A stretch of 63,017 bases of DNA, the filler included, from Basidiobolus ranarum (taxonomy: Eukaryota), in NCBI GenBank assembly GCA_040143965.1. It is 40 parts of 40 records of this genome, joined end to end, with 100 filler letters (N's around TTAATTAATTAA, not from the genome) between each part and the next. Parts side by side here need not be neighbours in the genome. Positions count along the whole stretch, not along the records: positions 59,972 to 61,444 come from JASJQH010011955.1; positions 61,545 to 63,017 come from JASJQH010011956.1; 38 more parts are not named here. One strand, 5' to 3'. This document shows positions 60,125-63,017 of this stretch, in pieces. The notes under the pieces are model-generated. The model searched no databases. It was not told the DNA's origin and saw nothing but the letters and a program-made list of their open reading frames with translations. Within the stretch, counting starts at the first letter, position 1, and every line of letters starts with the position of its first letter. The position numbers and the translations under genes are program-made.

Positions 60125-61444
60125 GTTTGGAGTTAAACTTGGTATAACACATATGAGGACCTTTGCATGCATTGCTTATAAAAATAGTATTACTAAAAGT
60201 TGGTCTTGATATAAACCAAAAAGTAAGAAATGCATCTATCTGGGTTATTGTACTCAATCCGAGGCATTGTAGTGTGGGATAGGGGTGTTAACTTAAGTAT
60301 TCAGAAGAAAGCTAAATTTCTCTAAAAATCTCCAGCAAAGTTGAATTTTTATACTGGAGGCTTAAAAATATTGACAGGATATACATTCTTCACTTTAGCA
60401 TTAAAGGGTAAAGACACACTCTAGTATGTCAATAGCTTGAAGACTTTCTGCAACAAGATTATTTTGATGGTAGAATTATCAAGACTTGCACACAGTAGCA
60501 TCTAGTACTACTACAGCTGTGTGCCAAATTTGAAGAGAATCCATTAATTGGTCCAAAAGTATCACTAATTCTGTGAACATCTTGAGGTCCTGAATTCCTG
60601 TGTCTCAAATATATGCTAGTGTTAATTTTGGCAATGGCAAATTTGAAATGGCTCTAGCTCCACCAATAGTTCCTTAAATCTTATGATTCTTACATGATTA
60701 ATAAGCTCTAAGATTGGAGATTTGGAGAGGAGTTAAAAGTGTTCTAATCAATTAAGTGGCATTGCTATTGTGAGTGGTCACAGATACTAGTCTTATCCCC
60801 AATCTCTAAAAATGTTGGAATGTAGCAATATGTAAAATTCTTTCTACTCAAGATATGCATGCTATTGTTGGAATATTTCCAACACTACAGCATAAACCCT
60901 CTATGATACAAAAATTTGAAGTAAATCAAGTCCAGGGATGCTTTGCACAATGAAATGGAAAATTTCACCCAAGATAATCTTGGATAATAACAAACATCCA
61001 TTTTCTCCTGATCCAATTATTCAAATTGATTCAAACCAAAACAATGAAGAAAATATGATTGCTGTGGACCTGTTAACCAAGGTTCAGCCTACCAAGGTGC
61101 GAAAAACAATGCCAGAAGTTGTGATACCTTTATGCCAAACAAGGAGATTGAATTGGATCAGAAATGGCCCCATTTACTGTATCAATGAGTCCCAAATTTG
61201 AGGCTAAGCATGCGTAGCTCAAATGCATGAGCCCCAATCTGTTAAAGAGGCCCTGAATGGCCCTCACACAAAATTTTGGTGATCTTCAATGGTGGATGAG
61301 TACCAGGCTTTGATTGACAATCACACTTGGGTTTTATCTACTTATGTGATGGTAGAAAACCTATGGCCTGCCAAAGGGTGTTAATAGTTGAGTACAGCTC
61401 TGATGGCAATATAGAAAGATACAAGGCTTAACTGGTAGCATAGG
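60125..61444 (+). mobile_element. Ty1/copia post-integrase to RT fragment, interrupted at 60268-60889
   Basis: KCIYLGYC...EPQSVKEAL..DEYQALIDNHTW..ERYKA. Collinear with 34220-34674. Confidence 0.85.
60268..60889. mobile_element. 622-bp insertion (solo LTR or non-autonomous TIR element) with 4-bp TSD GCAT
   Basis: GCAT-TGTAGTGT...ACACTACA-GCAT. The flanks rejoin as copia sequence. Confidence 0.8.
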
Positions 61445-62746
61445 NNNNNNNNNNNNNNNNNNNNNNNNNNNNNNNNNNNNNNNNNNNNTTAATTAATTAA
61501 NNNNNNNNNNNNNNNNNNNNNNNNNNNNNNNNNNNNNNNNNNNNCTTATATAATTCCACCTTTACATTTGGGGACCTTCATTCCCACCGGTCGCAATATC
61601 ATTAATATCATGAAAAGATACAAACCAACTTTGCTAGTACTTGTGCCATGGATGCCCATGGCTTCTATATAAAATGAATATTTGGGGAAGTGAAACCACT
61701 TGGGAGGTATTTAGGAATAAATCTCCGGATTTCTATATTTATCGTCAAGACACCGATACCGCAGGAATTTTACCATTTGCCACGTTAAATAACGCTGTCA
61801 ATATATTTGGTATAAAAAAGGGAATTAGATGGCTGCATATAAATAATCTAGGATGGTAATTGTCCTAAATGGGAGGGTTTCGCTTGAGAAGGATTTTGAA
61901 AGGAGAGTGTTACATATTTATACTACTTTCGACTCTTGGATTTCCGACCTAATTCTCTGAATTGGGAAATTCTACCTAGATTACTTTGTATTTTATAAAT
62001 ATATTAGCATAAACGGAGGCATTGCTCGGCTTTTATTGGCGATAGAGATGCTAGTGTTCTTCGAATGAAATGTCGGTATTGATAGGTAGGCCCAATCGTT
62101 CTAATTTTCAACCTTTAGTCTACTCATGTTACCCTTAGTTATTACAAAGGTTATTTTCATGTTCACACCAGGTACACTGCTGACCTCTTAACATGATTGT
62201 ATGGTTATGACGAGATATAGAGTAATACCTTGTAAGTTATTTGGAAGATGTAGATTCGTACAGATCTCTCACATGCGTGAGACACTACTCTTATCCGCAA
62301 TGCTCATTGTCCTATAGTTTTTCTTCAACTCCCTGAGATGTTTAGCATATGCACAATGCCAATAAAGAGCATATATATATATAAGTCTTTATCTGATTCT
62401 TCATCTGAGCACTCATTGTCTATCAATATTGCCATATCCCAGTCTGCTGTCTAGTTATAGTTAGACTATAAATATCTTACTTTTATCTCAATAGCCAGAA
62501 TTCTTTGACAAGCAATTTACTTTTTACAGGTGTTGCAGATATGAAGAAAGTTGCTTGTTGAGAAATGCTTGAATTATTTCAAGATATATGGCATATACTT
62601 AGTCAGCTCTTCACCTTGCAGAAAAGCTAGGTGCATGTCTTCTATTTGTTCCACAATAAAGTCTATCTTGTGATAATTCCAACTGTTCAGTCATTTTGGT
62701 ATATGTTGGATAATTAGTCTTGTTCAACATCTTATTTAACTCTAGG

Positions 62747-62833
62747 TGTGATACATATATCAGAAACAGATAGCAATATATCTATGGCCTCTATATTCTA
62801 TTTAGGAATATCTCTATATCTCTATAACCAGTA
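62747..62833 (+). repeat. 5' portion of LTR family B
   Basis: TGTGATACATATATCAGAAACAG. Matches 40885-40975. Confidence 0.65.
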
Positions 62834-62835
62834 TA

Positions 62836-63017
62836 TTGTTAAAGTATTTGGGAGCCTGTTGGAAGTGGTTTGGAGAATTAGAGGAATTGGTGGTTTTCAC
62901 TTGTCAATTTATTGAGTAGAAAGTTGACATTTATAGTTTTGTCAAGATGTAAACAAACTAACATGTAGAATATGTTAAGGAAGGTCCCAGGAACATGTGT
63001 GCAAAGTTTGGGGCTTC
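62836..63017. mobile_element. Arm/TIR of the Tc1-like MITE family, preceded by TA and inserted in LTR B
   Basis: TA-TTGTTAAAGTATTTGGGAG.... Inverse of 23728-23896. Confidence 0.75.

Larger units (their letters stand above)
1..63017. other. Pseudo-scaffold of 40 unplaced ~1.48 kb contigs joined by 100-nt artificial linkers (N44-TTAATTAATTAA-N44)
   Basis: An identical spacer recurs every ~1.58 kb (first at 1485-1584, last at 61445-61544). The linker has stops in all six frames. Contig lengths fall steadily from 1484 to 1473. Confidence 0.98.

Noticed and set aside
60883-60889. CACTACA as a CACTA transposon end
   Set aside because: The polarity is wrong: the element begins TGTAGTG and ends CACTACA, and the TSD is 4 bp.
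1485-61544. Regularly spaced TTAATTAATTAA repeats resembling a CRISPR or other periodic array
   Set aside because: They are embedded in fixed N runs, are a known six-frame-stop assembly linker, and the spacing follows contig length sorting.
62380-62745. CpG-poor, coding-like minus-strand stretch
   Set aside because: It is probably a transposon remnant but is too degraded to classify.

Overview
This window is not one locus. It is an artificial concatenation of 40 small contigs (1484 down to 1473 bp, sorted by length), joined by 39 identical 100-nt spacers (N44-TTAATTAATTAA-N44). Adjacency across spacers therefore means nothing. The content is eukaryotic and fungal-like (short GT-AG introns, COX4, PHO84, PDC, ADH), most likely an early-diverging, zygomycete-grade fungus (inference). 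About 70% of contigs are degenerate, strongly CpG-depleted and often nested transposon fragments: several Ty1/copia families, chromodomain-bearing Ty3/gypsy, one abundant CACTA/EnSpm-type family with CCCTAACA termini and a divergent second ORF, Tc1-like and Harbinger-like MITEs, and several solo LTRs. Host gene fragments are PDC and ADH (convergent), PHO84, COX4, a bestrophin with an internal TAG, tandem GH20 hexosaminidases, tandem P5C reductases, RAMP4/Ysy6 and a C2H2 pseudogene. The most notable candidates are tandem secreted bacterial-type CHAP amidase genes, a short LTR-like repeat carrying a complete tRNA-like Pol III cassette, and a reconstructable two-gene CCCTA transposon. All family assignments come from reading motifs by eye; no searches were run.
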